Shown here: piece after piece, positions 49,001 to 57,782 of the stretch | How positions within the stretch are numbered: position 1 is the first letter of the stretch | Layout of the letters: each line of letters begins with the position of its first letter | Origin: Candidatus Anderseniibacteriota bacterium | Lineage (GTDB): Bacteria; Patescibacteriota; JAUYIX01 | Assembly (NCBI GenBank): GCA_046350855.1 | Contig: JAXLZM010000004.1 | Coordinates: 10,491-74,490 of the forward strand | Length of the DNA: 64,000 nt | Direction of reading: 5' to 3' | Made by a program: the position numbers and the translations under genes | Notes under the pieces: generated by a model | What the model was told of the DNA's origin: nothing | What the model saw: the letters and a program-made list of their open reading frames with translations, nothing else | The model's database searches: none

Positions 49001-52000
49001 GAGTAGGGCTACACCAGATGCCAAAATCTCCATGCCCGATCCAGAAGACGTCGTCGAGGAGAGACCGTTAGCAGAGGGTGCGACGGTGAGCGCGATGTCT
49101 CCGGCGTTGACCACGATACCGCCGTTAGCTGAGACCACATCAATGGTTGGGGTGGAGCCTTCGCCCGAGGCGTTACCCGTAAGACCCGCTCCGGCCGTAA
49201 AGCTCGCGACGTAGTTACCCGTTGTGTCGGTTGTGAGGGCAACGGCGTCCGCTCCGACCGTAAGGCCACCCGAGAAGCTTCCCGTAATATCTCCAGCCGC
49301 CGGTGATTCACCTACATTGACGTAGACCGAGTCCAGAGTGCCGGTATAGTTGGCGTCGGTCAAAATGGTGCCGGTAGAACCACTGAGCGTGTAGGTGGCG
49401 TTGGCTGCCAAGTCACCGACGTCGAGAGTGCCAAAGAAGGTGGCGCCAGCCGACTCAAGGATTTTGAGTTCCGACGATGCATTGTTGAGAGAAATATCGA
49501 AAGCACCGGTTTGATTCCAGTCAGCCGTTAAAGGACCAAGTGCGATGTCGTCCGCGTTAACCGTAATACCGCTCCCCGCGCCCACTGCGACCGTTGGTGT
49601 CGAGCCTTCGCTGCTGACGGTACCAGTGAGACCGCCGCCCGCGGTCAGTGTCGCGACGTAGTTACCCGTTGTGTCGGTGCTGAGGGCCACCGCATCCGCG
49701 CCGACGTTCAGCCCGCCAGAAAAAGAACCCGTAATATCCCCTGCCGCTGGTGACTCGCCGACATTTACATACACCGCATCGAGCGTTCCAGTGTAATTGG
49801 CGTCAGTTAGGATGGTTCCGGTGGAGCCGCTCAGGGTGTAGGTCGCGTTTGCAGCCAAGTCACCGACGTCGAGCGTGCCAAAGAAGGTGGCGCCTGCGGA
49901 TTCCAGAATCTTGAGCTCGGAGGAGGCATTGTTGAGGGAGATATCAAAGGCACCGGTCTGGTTCCAATCCGCCGTCAGCGGACCGAGGGCGATGTTGTCC
50001 GCGTTAACCGTAATGCCACTACCCGTGCCGATGTCGAGAGCTTCACCGTTGAGCGCAAGACCTGCTCCAGCCAAAGCACTCTCAACCAGATCAAACGTGA
50101 CCGTCTCAGGGTTGTCCGCGCCTGTGATCGTAAGGGTGGTGCCGGTTGCTAGCAACTGCACCGTGTCGGTTGGACTGTCCGCCGCTGGATCGGTTCCGGC
50201 CGGGGTGTCGATCGTGGCAAAACTATTGGTGACCGTGTTGCTGTCTGCGGCACAGGCCCAAACGTCGTTTGTCTCATCCCACTTAAGTATTTGTGTGTCG
50301 GCACAACCCTGCAACAACGTCACGCCGGTCCCAAGGATTTCAAGACCAGAGCCAGATGAGGTAGTTGATGAGAGACCATTAGCCGAGGGCGCAACCGTGA
50401 GTGCAATGTCTCCTGCGTTGACGACGATACCGCCATTGGCGGAGACTACATCAATCGTTGGCGTGGAACCCTCACCACTGGCGTTACCAGTCAGTCCGGC
50501 CCCTGCCGTCAAGCTCGCCACGTAGTTACCGGTCGTATCCGTTCCCAGCGCAACAGCATCTGCGCCTACGTTGAGACCACCGCTAAACGAGCCGGTGATG
50601 TCGCCCGCCGCCGGTGATTCACCTACATTGACATACACAGCATCGAGCGTCCCCGTGTAATTTGCGTCGGTTAGGATCGTACCGGTAGAACCACTCAACG
50701 TATAGGTGGCGTTAGCCGCAAGATCGCCTACGTCCAGCGTCCCAAAGAAGGTTGCTCCGGCTGACTCTAAAATCTTGAGCTCGGATGACGCATTATTGAG
50801 GCTCACATCAAAGGCCCCGGTCTGGTTCCAGTCGGCAGTGAGTGGCCCGAGGGCAATGTCGTCGGCATTGACGGTAATGCCACTTCCCGCTCCAATGTCG
50901 AGCGCGCTACCGCTGGCCGCAAGCCCGGCCCCCGCTAATACGCTTTCGACCACATCAAACGTAATCGTCTCGGGGTTGTCGGCACCAGTGATTGTGAGGC
51001 TGGTGCCGGTCGCGAGCAGCTGGAGCGTATCCGAGGTAGAGTCCGCAACTGGATCCGTGCCTGCCGGCGTGTCGATCGTAGTAAAGCTGTTCGAGGGTGT
51101 ATTTGAGTCTGAACTACAGGCCCACACATCGCTGGTCTCGTTCCATTTGAGAATTTCGGTATCGGCACAGCCTTGCAACAGCGCAACGCCAGAGGCAAGA
51201 ATCTCGAGACCCGAGCCTGAGGACGTTGTCGACGACAAGCCATTGGCCGACGCGGCGGTGGTCAGGGCGATGTCACCGGCGTTGACCACGATACCGCCGT
51301 TGGCAGAGACCACATCGATCGTCGGAGTTGAACCTTCGCCAGTTGCATTGCCCGTCAAACCGGCACCCGCGGTAAAACTCGCCACGTAGTCATTGGTTGT
51401 GTCGGTACCGAGTGCGACTGAGTTGGCGTTGACCGTCAAGCCGCCACTAAAGCTGCCGCTGATGTCACCTGCCGCGGGAGACTCACCGACGTTGACGTAG
51501 ATCGGATCCAAGGTTCCCGAGTAATTTGCATCGGTGAGCAGTGTTCCGGACGAACCGCTTAAGGTGTACGTCGCGTTAGCCGCGAGGTCGCCCACGTCGA
51601 GTGTGCCAAAGAAGGTTGCTCCAGCGGACTCTAAGATCTTTAGTTCTGACGAGGCATTGTTGAGTGAGATATCAAACGCGCCGGTTTGATTCCAATCGGC
51701 GGTCAGCGGACCCAAGGTGATGTCGTTGGCATTGACGGTAACCCCACTTCCACTGCCGATATCAAGTGCCTCACCGTTGAGTACCAGACCGGCACCGGCC
51801 AGTACACTTTCCACCAGATCAAACGTAATCGTCTCTGGGTTGTCCGCACCCGTGACGGTCAGGGTTGTACCGGTGGCAATCAGCTGAACGGTATCCGTCG
51901 GGCTATCAGCGACCGGGTCGGTCCCGCTCGGCGTGTCGATCGTGACAAAACTATTGCTCGAGGAGCCGCCCCCGTCAGCGCTACAGGTCCACACATCGCT

Positions 52001-54427
52001 GGCTTCGTTCCACTTAAGAATCTCGGTGTCAGCACAGCCTTGCAGCAAGGCAACTCCGGAGGCGAGGATTTCGAGGCCAGAACCCGATGAGGTCGTCGCC
52101 GAGAGACCATTTGCAGAGGGGGCCGCCGTTAAAGCGATATCCCCGGCGTTGACCACGATTCCCCCATTGGCCGAGACCACATCAATCGTTGGGGTTGAAC
52201 CTTCGCCCGTGGCATTACCCGTGAGTCCCGCCCCAGCCGTAAAGCTCGCCACGTAGTCATTGATCGTATCGGTCCCGAGTGCGACGGCATTTGGGCCAAC
52301 GGTCAAACCTGCTGTGAAACTCCCCGTGATGTCCCCCGCCGCCGGCGACTCACCTACGTTGACATAGATCGGATCCAACGTACCCGAGTAATTAGCGTCG
52401 GTTAGAATTGTTCCGGTAGAACCACTGAGGGTATACGTCGCATTTGCGGCGAGGTCACCGACGTCAAGTGTGCCAAAGAAGGTCGCACCGGCGGACTCGA
52501 GTAGTTTGAGCTCAGAGCTGGCATTGTTGAGTGAGATATCAAAAGCACCGGTCTGGTTCCAGTCAGCGGTCAGCGGACCGAGCGCAATATTGTCAGCATT
52601 AACGGTAATACCACTCCCTGTACCGATATCGATAATTGGATCAGCGGCCGTACCCGAGTTGACCAATCCGGCACCGGCCGTGACGCTCGTAACGGTTCCG
52701 CCAGAATTATTGTCTGCTGCACAGGCCCAAACCGCTCCGGTCCACTTGAGAATCTCATTGGCACCACAAGAAGTAAGCAGTGAGAGCGCCGCCGCTCCCG
52801 AAGCCGTCCCACCCTCGAGCCCGGTGCCAGCCGCGGTCGTGACCGAGGTAATATCCGCACCTTGGATTTGGGCGAGAGCAGACTCTACGTCGTTAGTTGT
52901 GTAAAAATTTCCTGCGTCCGCAATGGGGAGGTCCGCTGCACTGACCTGTCCAGCGCCAGTTCCAAAATTGATGTTGGTATCCCCGATCGTGCCTACCGCG
53001 ACACCGCCCGCTCCCACCGTGATGGTTGCGTCAGCCGCGACCGCAACGACGCTGTTACCCGAGAGTCCCAGACCGTTACCGGTTGCGACCGTGAGTGTGT
53101 CACCCGAGATGGTCAACCCATTGGTGGCGTTGTCATTGATCAGCAAAACATCCGCCGAGATAGAGAGACCGTTGGTGCCTGAGTCGTTGATATCCAAAAT
53201 CGGATCTTGGGCCGTGCCGGAGTTGCCGAGTCCTGAGCCCGCGGTGACAGAGGTGACGGTTCCACCAGAGTTGGCATCAGATGAACACAACCAGGCTGCT
53301 CCCGACCACTTGAGAATCTCCGTAGCGGCACAGCTGGTGAGGAGCGACAAGTTGGCAACGCCACTGGTAACGCCCCCCTCTAATCCGGAACTCGCCCCCG
53401 TCGTAACGGAAGTAATGTCCGCACCTTGGATTTGGGCTAAGGCTGACTCCACGTCGTTGGTCGTATAAAAACCACCCACATCGGCGATCGGGAGATCAGC
53501 GCCCGAGACGGTTCCAACCCCTACGCCAAAAGCGATGTTAGAATCGCCAATAACGCCCACCGCAATACCGCCAGCCCCGACGGAGATGGTTGCATCCGCC
53601 GCGACGGCAACAACCGAGTTTCCCGAGAGACCCAAGCCGTTGCCAGTTGCCACGGTCAGCACGTCCCCTACTAGCGAGAGACCGTTGGTACCGTTATCGT
53701 TAATCGTCAAAATATCCGCGCTGATCGCGAGACCATTAGTAGCCGAGTCGTTGATGTCGATCACCGGATCAGTGGCGGTTCCTGAGTCGGATAGACCCGA
53801 GCCAGCCGTGACACTCGTGACCGTACCCGCCCCGGGCGGTCCCGGGGGCCCTGCTGGACCGGTAGCGCCAGTCGCACCCGTGGCTCCATCTGCTCCGTCG
53901 GCCCCGGTCGCACCATCTGCACCGGCTGGCCCCTGTGGTCCCATGGCGCCCACCACCCCCGGCACACCCTGCGGTCCAATCGAGCCGCTCGCCCCCGCGG
54001 GTCCAGCCGGACCATCGGCACCCGGTGCGCCATCTTTACCGGTTGCACCTCCCGTGCCACCGCTCCCGGCGCCTATAAAGCCACCCAACTGGTCGGGCTC
54101 CAAAATTTGCAACTCGGACCCAGTCCCATCAATACTCGAGCCAAAATTGCTTCCGGCATCACCTTCTTTGAGCAACTTAAACGGCCCGAGAGCTGAACCA
54201 GTCAAATCCAGCGCAGAGAGTGAAATATGTTTAAAGGCAAAAAACGACCAAAAGATCGTCGCTCCAAGCAACAGAATGATCAAAAACAAATACAAAACCG
54301 TGCGCTTTGAGATACCGTCAAGTACCTCAACGACCCCCATGTCTTGCTCGTCCAGTTGCGGTGGAGAAACATAGGGTTTAACACGCTCAAGCGGAGCCCT
54401 GGGAGAAGGAAATTTAGGCGATTCCAA
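43025..54427 (-). CDS. Giant (3,800-aa) membrane-anchored, collagen-like, highly repetitive surface protein
   Basis: A single 11.4-kb ORF with a TTG start; an in-frame ATG lies 29 codons downstream. It has an N-terminal TM segment (LYLFLIILLLGATIFWSFFAF) and about 25 Gly-X-Y triplets (GAPGADGPAGPAGASGSIGPQGVPG...). Tandem 149-aa and 288-aa Thr/Ser/Gly/Ala-rich modules recur about 9 times. The unique C-terminal domain carries two YY(S/N)..RC(F/Y)ENGAW.DC motifs. Confidence 0.8.
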   Translation of the reverse strand: MESPKFPSPRAPLERVKPYVSPPQLDEQDMGVVEVLDGISKRTVLYLFLIILLLGATIFWSFFAFKHISLSALDLTGSALGPFKLLKEGDAGSNFGSSIDGTGSELQILEPDQLGGFIGAGSGGTGGATGKDGAPGADGPAGPAGASGSIGPQGVPGVVGAMGPQGPAGADGATGADGADGATGATGATGPAGPPGPPGAGTVTSVTAGSGLSDSGTATDPVIDINDSATNGLAISADILTINDNGTNGLSLVGDVLTVATGNGLGLSGNSVVAVAADATISVGAGGIAVGVIGDSNIAFGVGVGTVSGADLPIADVGGFYTTNDVESALAQIQGADITSVTTGASSGLEGGVTSGVANLSLLTSCAATEILKWSGAAWLCSSDANSGGTVTSVTAGSGLGNSGTAQDPILDINDSGTNGLSISADVLLINDNATNGLTISGDTLTVATGNGLGLSGNSVVAVAADATITVGAGGVAVGTIGDTNINFGTGAGQVSAADLPIADAGNFYTTNDVESALAQIQGADITSVTTAAGTGLEGGTASGAAALSLLTSCGANEILKWTGAVWACAADNNSGGTVTSVTAGAGLVNSGTAADPIIDIGTGSGITVNADNIALGPLTADWNQTGAFDISLNNASSELKLLESAGATFFGTLDVGDLAANATYTLSGSTGTILTDANYSGTLDPIYVNVGESPAAGDITGSFTAGLTVGPNAVALGTDTINDYVASFTAGAGLTGNATGEGSTPTIDVVSANGGIVVNAGDIALTAAPSANGLSATTSSGSGLEILASGVALLQGCADTEILKWNEASDVWTCSADGGGSSSNSFVTIDTPSGTDPVADSPTDTVQLIATGTTLTVTGADNPETITFDLVESVLAGAGLVLNGEALDIGSGSGVTVNANDITLGPLTADWNQTGAFDISLNNASSELKILESAGATFFGTLDVGDLAANATYTLSGSSGTLLTDANYSGTLDPIYVNVGESPAAGDISGSFSGGLTVNANSVALGTDTTNDYVASFTAGAGLTGNATGEGSTPTIDVVSANGGIVVNAGDIALTTAASANGLSSTTSSGSGLEILASGVALLQGCADTEILKWNETSDVWACSSDSNTPSNSFTTIDTPAGTDPVADSTSDTLQLLATGTSLTITGADNPETITFDVVESVLAGAGLAASGSALDIGAGSGITVNADDIALGPLTADWNQTGAFDVSLNNASSELKILESAGATFFGTLDVGDLAANATYTLSGSTGTILTDANYTGTLDAVYVNVGESPAAGDITGSFSGGLNVGADAVALGTDTTGNYVASLTAGAGLTGNASGEGSTPTIDVVSANGGIVVNAGDIALTVAPSANGLSSTTSSGSGLEILGTGVTLLQGCADTQILKWDETNDVWACAADSNTVTNSFATIDTPAGTDPAADSPTDTVQLLATGTTLTITGADNPETVTFDLVESALAGAGLALNGEALDIGTGSGITVNADNIALGPLTADWNQTGAFDISLNNASSELKILESAGATFFGTLDVGDLAANATYTLSGSTGTILTDANYTGTLDAVYVNVGESPAAGDITGSFSGGLNVGADAVALSTDTTGNYVATLTAGGGLTGTVSSEGSTPTVAVGAGSGITVNADDIALGPLTADWNQTGAFDISLNNASSELKILESAGATFFGTLDVGDLAANATYTLSGSTGTILTDANYTGTLDSVYVNVGESPAAGDITGSFSGGLTVGADAVALTTDTTGNYVASFTAGAGLTGNASGEGSTPTIDVVSANGGIVVNAGDIALTVAPSANGLSSTTSSGSGMEILASGVALLQGCADTEILKWNEASDVWACSADSSTGTNSFATIDTPAGTDPVADSASDTLQLLATGTNLTITGADNPETITFDISESTLAGAGLAANGSALDIGAGSGITVNANDIALGPLTADWNQTGAFDISLNNASSELKILESAGATFFGTLDVGDLAANATYTLSGSSGTVLTDANYTGTLDAVYVNVGESPAAGDITGSFSGGLNVGADAVALTTDTTGNYVATLTAGGGLTGTVSSEGSTPTVAVGAGSGITVNADDIALGPLTADWNQTGAFDISLNNASSELKILESAGATFFGTLDVGDLAANATYTLSGSTGTILTDANYTGTLDSVYVNVGESPAAGDITGSFSGGLNVGADAVALTTDTTGSYVASFTAGAGLTGNASGEGSTPTIDVVSANGGIVVNAGDIALTVAPSANGLSSTTSSGSGMEILASGVALLQGCADTEILKWNEASDVWACSADSSTGTNSFATIDTPAGTDPVADSATDTVQLLATGTNLTITGADNPETITFDISESTLAGAGLAANGSALDIGAGSGITVNANDIALGPLTADWNQTGAFDISLNNASSELKILESAGATFFGTLDVGDLAANATYTLSGSTGTILTDANYTGTLDAVYVNVGESPAAGDITGSFSGGLNVGADAVALTTDTTGNYVATLTAGGGLTGTVSSEGSTPTVAVGAGSGITVNADDIALGPLTADWNQTGAFDISLNNASSELKILESAGATFFGTLDVGDLSANATYTLSGSTGTILTDANYTGTLDSVYVNVGESPAAGDITGSFSGGLNVGADAVALTTDTTGNYVATLTAGGGLTGTVSSEGSTPTVAVGAGSGITVNADDIALGPLTADWNQTGAFDISLNNASSELKILESAGATFFGTLDVGDLAANATYTLSGSTGTILTDANYTGTLDSVYVNVGESPAAADITGSFSGGLTVGADSVALTTDTTGSYVASFTAGAGLTGNASGEGSTPTIDVVSANGGIVVNAGDIALTVAPSANGLSSTTSSGSGMEILASGVALLQGCADTEVLKWNEASDVWACGTAGTSTNSFATIDTPSGTDPVADTATDTLQLLVTGTNLTITGADNPETATFDISESTLAGAGLAANGSALDIGANSGITVNANDIALGPLTADWNQTGAFDISLNNASSELKILESAGATFFGTLDVGDLAANATYTFSGSTGTVLTDANYTGTLDSVYVNVGESPAAADITGSFSGGLTVGADSVALTTDTTGNYVATLTAGGGLTGTVSSEGSTPTVAVGAGSGITVNADDIALGPLTADWNQTGAFDISLNNASSELKILESAGATFFGTVDVGDLSANATYTLSGSTGTVLTDANYTSTLDSVYVNVGESPAAGDITGSFSGGLTVGADSVALTTDTTGNYVASFTAGAGLTGNASGEGSTPTIDVVSANGGIVVNAGDIALTVAPSANGLSSTTSSGSGMEILASGVALLQGCADTEILKWNETSDVWACGADVGVTTLQGAYNGGATITTAGSTNIAFTLTSGNFNASGAGSVNLTPTAASQFTSSGALTFTAGAASTWSTSSGALTLTSAAAATWSTAAGALTVNGNSGLNLNTSSGNVSFQPAGSGTTANVQIGAGGSGSTTPDLLGVDVKSVGGGVTDPTGFDGAVYYSGARAKFRCFENGAWKDCDTSAGTLTLPSAYDNDVDGSNVTIPLTTADDSIAIQNPSASGTDSNFLFQLDNQSSTDKTGLRFVAASSTSMTTAIDASATNITNALDLGGNTISGSTAVIDFTNFDVSSTGQLTFSSVTNDITTISNEDLNFSPNGSGNVTVGTSDTTGTLVVLDTKTGSGDPTGTNGAMYYNSNANKMRCYENGAWGDCLTTVLYVSSDVSQSTTTFADVTGLTTAVTSGFTYVFSCDMTYTTAVSTTALQLSLNGPTTTALDYEVLTDTTATAVHNAAQTAYDTNTNPATGGGATRLGVHLTGSIIPSANGTLAVRYRSEVATSAVTVKRGSFCTVSKK
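44000..52300. repeat. Intragenic tandem repeat array with a ~1311-bp composite period (447-bp and 864-bp modules)
   Basis: Identical or near-identical amino-acid strings recur in the main frame and in shadow frames. Shadow-ORF ends (...KLAT, ...(S/R/N)VAT) fall at intervals of 447, 861/864/867 and 1311 bp. Confidence 0.75.
53825..54049 (-). repeat. Collagen-like Gly-X-Y triplet-repeat coding segment within the giant gene
   Basis: Residues about 127-201 of the giant protein form a roughly continuous G-X-Y pattern rich in Pro, Ala and Asp. Confidence 0.7.
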
Positions 54428-54571
54428 GTCGCGGGAAGTGAAAAATTAGACCGAATCTGACTCTAAGAGTCAAGTTCAGTATACGAAAAAATGCGCGGTC
54501 AAGCCACCCCTGATTGAGCCGTTTTCTGGGGACAAACTACCCTGTGGATAACTCGGCACGAGGGCGTTTTC

Positions 54572-55567
54572 TTAGCTTGGCATCGAGAACATAGCTCGCA
54601 CGAGATGTTCTGCCACCGGGAACGGCCGTCCGCGGTAGGGCTGCTCGTGAATATCAAAGCCCGGCGTCTCGTTGATTTCGATCACTGCGTAGTTGCTGAA
54701 CTTGCTGATATCTCTGGCGATCAGATCGATGCCACAAAAACGTAGGCCAAAAATTCGGGCCAGACGCACCGCCATCTTTTTGTACTCGGGATGCACTTTG
54801 TCAGCACACTCAAATGAGCGACCACCGGTACTGACATTGGCATTTTTACGCAGGACAATACGCTTACCCTTGGGTGGGACGAGCTTCTCGGTTAGGTGCT
54901 GCTCGTGCAGGTGCCGTTGCAACTCCAAGTCACGCACGATCGGGCAGAGCGGTTGGTATTTGCCAACTTCCGGCTGCTGATTGTACTGATCAATTAAGCG
55001 GCCGATGCTCAAGACCCCGTCACCAATTACGTAGGCGGGTTTGCGCATCACCACGGTCAAGACCTTTCCATCCAGGACGAGCAGGCGGTAGTCATCGCCT
55101 GGAACAAATTCTTCAACGATAAAAGAGTTGGATTTACCCTTGGTGCGACGGTTGTATTTAAAAACCTCCTCGATGGCGGTCGCCAACCACTTAGTATCCG
55201 TCACGCCCACAAACACGGCACTCCCCTGCGAGCCTTCTACCGGCTTAACCACCAAGGGGAACTTCAAGATACCGTGCCCAACTAGCTCCAGAGCCCGTGT
55301 CACTCTCGTTTCTTTGATACCTGGCGGAACACTAACGCCGTGCTGACGTAAGACACGCTTAACCAAGGCTTTATCGCGCACCAAACGTGCCGAGACCAAA
55401 CGATTGAGGTTGGGCACATCATCGAGTACCAGAATTTTTTTGCTGTTTTTTTGGAATTCGACAACATGGCGCTCCTCATCGAGCACATTTATTGTGACGC
55501 CAAATTTTTGTGCGGCCCTAAACAGGAATCCGACACTTGCCCAGTGACGGGATGATGGTTGCTTCAT
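54572..55567 (-). CDS. ATP-grasp enzyme (RimK / glutathione-synthetase / cyanophycin-synthetase-like ligase)
   Basis: ATP-grasp fold motifs (...FPLVVKPVEGSQGSAV..., EFVPGDDYRLLVLDGKV, NVSTGG). It lies immediately upstream of the giant gene on the same strand. Confidence 0.75.
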   Translation of the reverse strand: MKQPSSRHWASVGFLFRAAQKFGVTINVLDEERHVVEFQKNSKKILVLDDVPNLNRLVSARLVRDKALVKRVLRQHGVSVPPGIKETRVTRALELVGHGILKFPLVVKPVEGSQGSAVFVGVTDTKWLATAIEEVFKYNRRTKGKSNSFIVEEFVPGDDYRLLVLDGKVLTVVMRKPAYVIGDGVLSIGRLIDQYNQQPEVGKYQPLCPIVRDLELQRHLHEQHLTEKLVPPKGKRIVLRKNANVSTGGRSFECADKVHPEYKKMAVRLARIFGLRFCGIDLIARDISKFSNYAVIEINETPGFDIHEQPYRGRPFPVAEHLVRAMFSMPS

Positions 55568-55735
55568 GCAGTTGCGGCTGACGCCTTACGGCGACCACTT
55601 AGCAGTACAACACTTTTTTGCACTTGTCAAGTTGCCAGAGCGTAAAGTCCAATGCGTGCGCACAGTAATTGGATTAAAAACAACAGCTCCGGACCGCATG
55701 GTCCGGAGCTGTATTGCTACTAGAAGAGTACTTAC

Positions 55736-57736
55736 TTACTGGAAGTAGACGGCTTCGACCGCTTGCTTGATGCTGTCAGGCACGACAACCGTTCCACCGT
55801 AGACGTTACCCTCTGCAATAGGGGCTGCGTTGACGGTCAAGTAGTCAGAGGTTGGTGTGGGCAGACTGGTTGGAGTAACCAGCAATAACGGTCGGTTGTT
55901 GAGACCAGAATGACGACCACCGGTCAGGGCATCGGCAAAACCAAGGCCGTTGGCGATACCAATCGTACGCGGTGTATTGGCGCCGCTAAAGAAGGCATCT
56001 GCAATGGCAACCGCGGTTTCAAAACGGTTATTGCCGGCATAGCGATTGACGGTATCGACGTCCATATCCGCTGCCACCATAACCGCATCAGACAACACTA
56101 CCGTTCCACCAACTAAGTCGACCGTATCGAGCGTCCCCGCAACCGAGTCAAAGTAGGAGGAGACCCCGGCATCCAAAGCTTTACTGTCGCTCAACAAGAT
56201 CGGCATAAAGTCTGGGTTGACGGTCTCGGCACTTGCGGCTGCACTGGCGGCTAACGCATCTGGGAAGTTACGCGCATTAGCCAGGATCGCCTCGGACGGA
56301 CCGTTTCCGCGAATCGTGTCCATCTCTGCCGCAACTTTGATCGCAGTTTCGATACGATTATTACCGCCGATACGCTTGATATCAAGGTCTGGGTCAAGCG
56401 CCGCAATTGCGGTCTCAACGTCACTGCTCAAAGCGCTGGTTCCACCAATCAGGTACAAATCTGTTACAGAGTGTGTGTCGTCGACACTATCAAAGACGCG
56501 CGTGATCTCGGCCGCAACGGAAGAATCGAGACTATCTTTGGGGTTAATCAAGAGTGGCGCATCCAGCAAGCCTGCGAGCGGGCCAGCTCCCAGTCCATCC
56601 GGAAAGTCTGCACTGGTCGCAACGACGATGGCATCGGCCGAGTTAGCGGTCGGAAAAGCGTCCTGATCGATCGCGATCGAGGTAGCAACGCGGTTAGCGC
56701 CAGACAAACGGACAAGATCCGTATCGAGCACCGCGTGGAGGCGATAATCAGGCGACGAGAACGTAATGTTATCGACGTTGATCTCTACACCCCCTGAGAC
56801 TTCCTGGGCATTAAACGGAACCGTACTAATCGTACTACCTGTCTCGGTGCGGACCACGCTCAAGCTCGAAGTGTCGATTTCATCCGGCAACAGCCCAAAG
56901 AATCCAGCTACCACTGCGGTTGGCAAAAAGGCCTGCATGCTGCCGACGTTGGGTGTCGTACCATCTGCCAAAAAGTGCGGTGCGCCCAGTGAGGCGACCA
57001 GGTCGGTCGGTCCCTCAGGCGTTTGTTCTGGGGTCACAAAGCCGCCCATGGCGCTCACTAACGCAAAGTACGAACCCGCCACATCCTCACCGTAGCCATC
57101 TTGGTCAAAAAGCATATAGAGACTACCACTCAAAACGTCCATATCGGATTTGGTCGCGTTGCAATGGGGTGGCGTAGCGGTACAAAAATCAAAATCTGAG
57201 CCGGTTCCAAGGGGCGTACGAGCGGGGGTAAGCGTTACATCTACCGAGGCCGCATCGGTACCAAGACCGGCCGTTGCCCAATCTAAGACGACACCGTGGA
57301 TCAGTGAGAAGGTATAGAACTCGTCCAGTTCACCCATATCGGTAAGTACAAGGTGAAACTGAGTCTCATCCGTAATAGGGGTGACACCATCCGGTGCCAT
57401 AGCTCCGGTCAGATCCTGGTGATCGTCATTGAGCCCATCGTGGCGATAGAGCGTGACACCGACAAAACGTCCCTCATCTTGCGCAGCACACACGACCGCA
57501 CCAACCTCACCAACATCGGGGTTGGTTGGATCGGGCACGACTTGGCCATCCACGGTCATGGAGGCAATTACCGGCCGGTCTAATCCAAGATCGTTCCAGG
57601 TAAAGTCGGGTGAACCACTATCACACTGACTCTGGTCGGGCATTGAATCGCCCGCTGCATGTGCCAGATGGGGCACAAAAAATACCGCGGCCACCAAAAC
57701 GGCCAACAGCGCTGTAACACTTTTATATGACTTCAT
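55736..57736 (-). CDS. Secreted surface protein with three C-terminal CWB2 cell-wall-binding repeats
   Basis: Signal peptide (ALLAVLVAAVFFVPHLAHA). The C-terminal half has three repeats of the ANRYETA/ANRVATS...ADALA(A/G)...PLLL type. Confidence 0.7.
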   Translation of the reverse strand: MKSYKSVTALLAVLVAAVFFVPHLAHAAGDSMPDQSQCDSGSPDFTWNDLGLDRPVIASMTVDGQVVPDPTNPDVGEVGAVVCAAQDEGRFVGVTLYRHDGLNDDHQDLTGAMAPDGVTPITDETQFHLVLTDMGELDEFYTFSLIHGVVLDWATAGLGTDAASVDVTLTPARTPLGTGSDFDFCTATPPHCNATKSDMDVLSGSLYMLFDQDGYGEDVAGSYFALVSAMGGFVTPEQTPEGPTDLVASLGAPHFLADGTTPNVGSMQAFLPTAVVAGFFGLLPDEIDTSSLSVVRTETGSTISTVPFNAQEVSGGVEINVDNITFSSPDYRLHAVLDTDLVRLSGANRVATSIAIDQDAFPTANSADAIVVATSADFPDGLGAGPLAGLLDAPLLINPKDSLDSSVAAEITRVFDSVDDTHSVTDLYLIGGTSALSSDVETAIAALDPDLDIKRIGGNNRIETAIKVAAEMDTIRGNGPSEAILANARNFPDALAASAAASAETVNPDFMPILLSDSKALDAGVSSYFDSVAGTLDTVDLVGGTVVLSDAVMVAADMDVDTVNRYAGNNRFETAVAIADAFFSGANTPRTIGIANGLGFADALTGGRHSGLNNRPLLLVTPTSLPTPTSDYLTVNAAPIAEGNVYGGTVVVPDSIKQAVEAVYFQ

Positions 57737-57782
57737 GATGCGTATCCTTTAGTGGGTAGTCCTCCAAGGATACCACACCACT

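Noticed and set aside
44163-53468. Many plus-strand ORFs of 60-280 aa (for example 44163..44837, 45420..46145, 47220..47903, 48531..49214, 50706..51389, 53535..54374) inside the giant gene
   Set aside because: They are antisense shadow frames of the low-complexity, repeat-rich 11.4-kb minus-strand ORF. They repeat only because the DNA repeats, and none has its own start context or recognisable fold. They were useful for measuring the repeat period.
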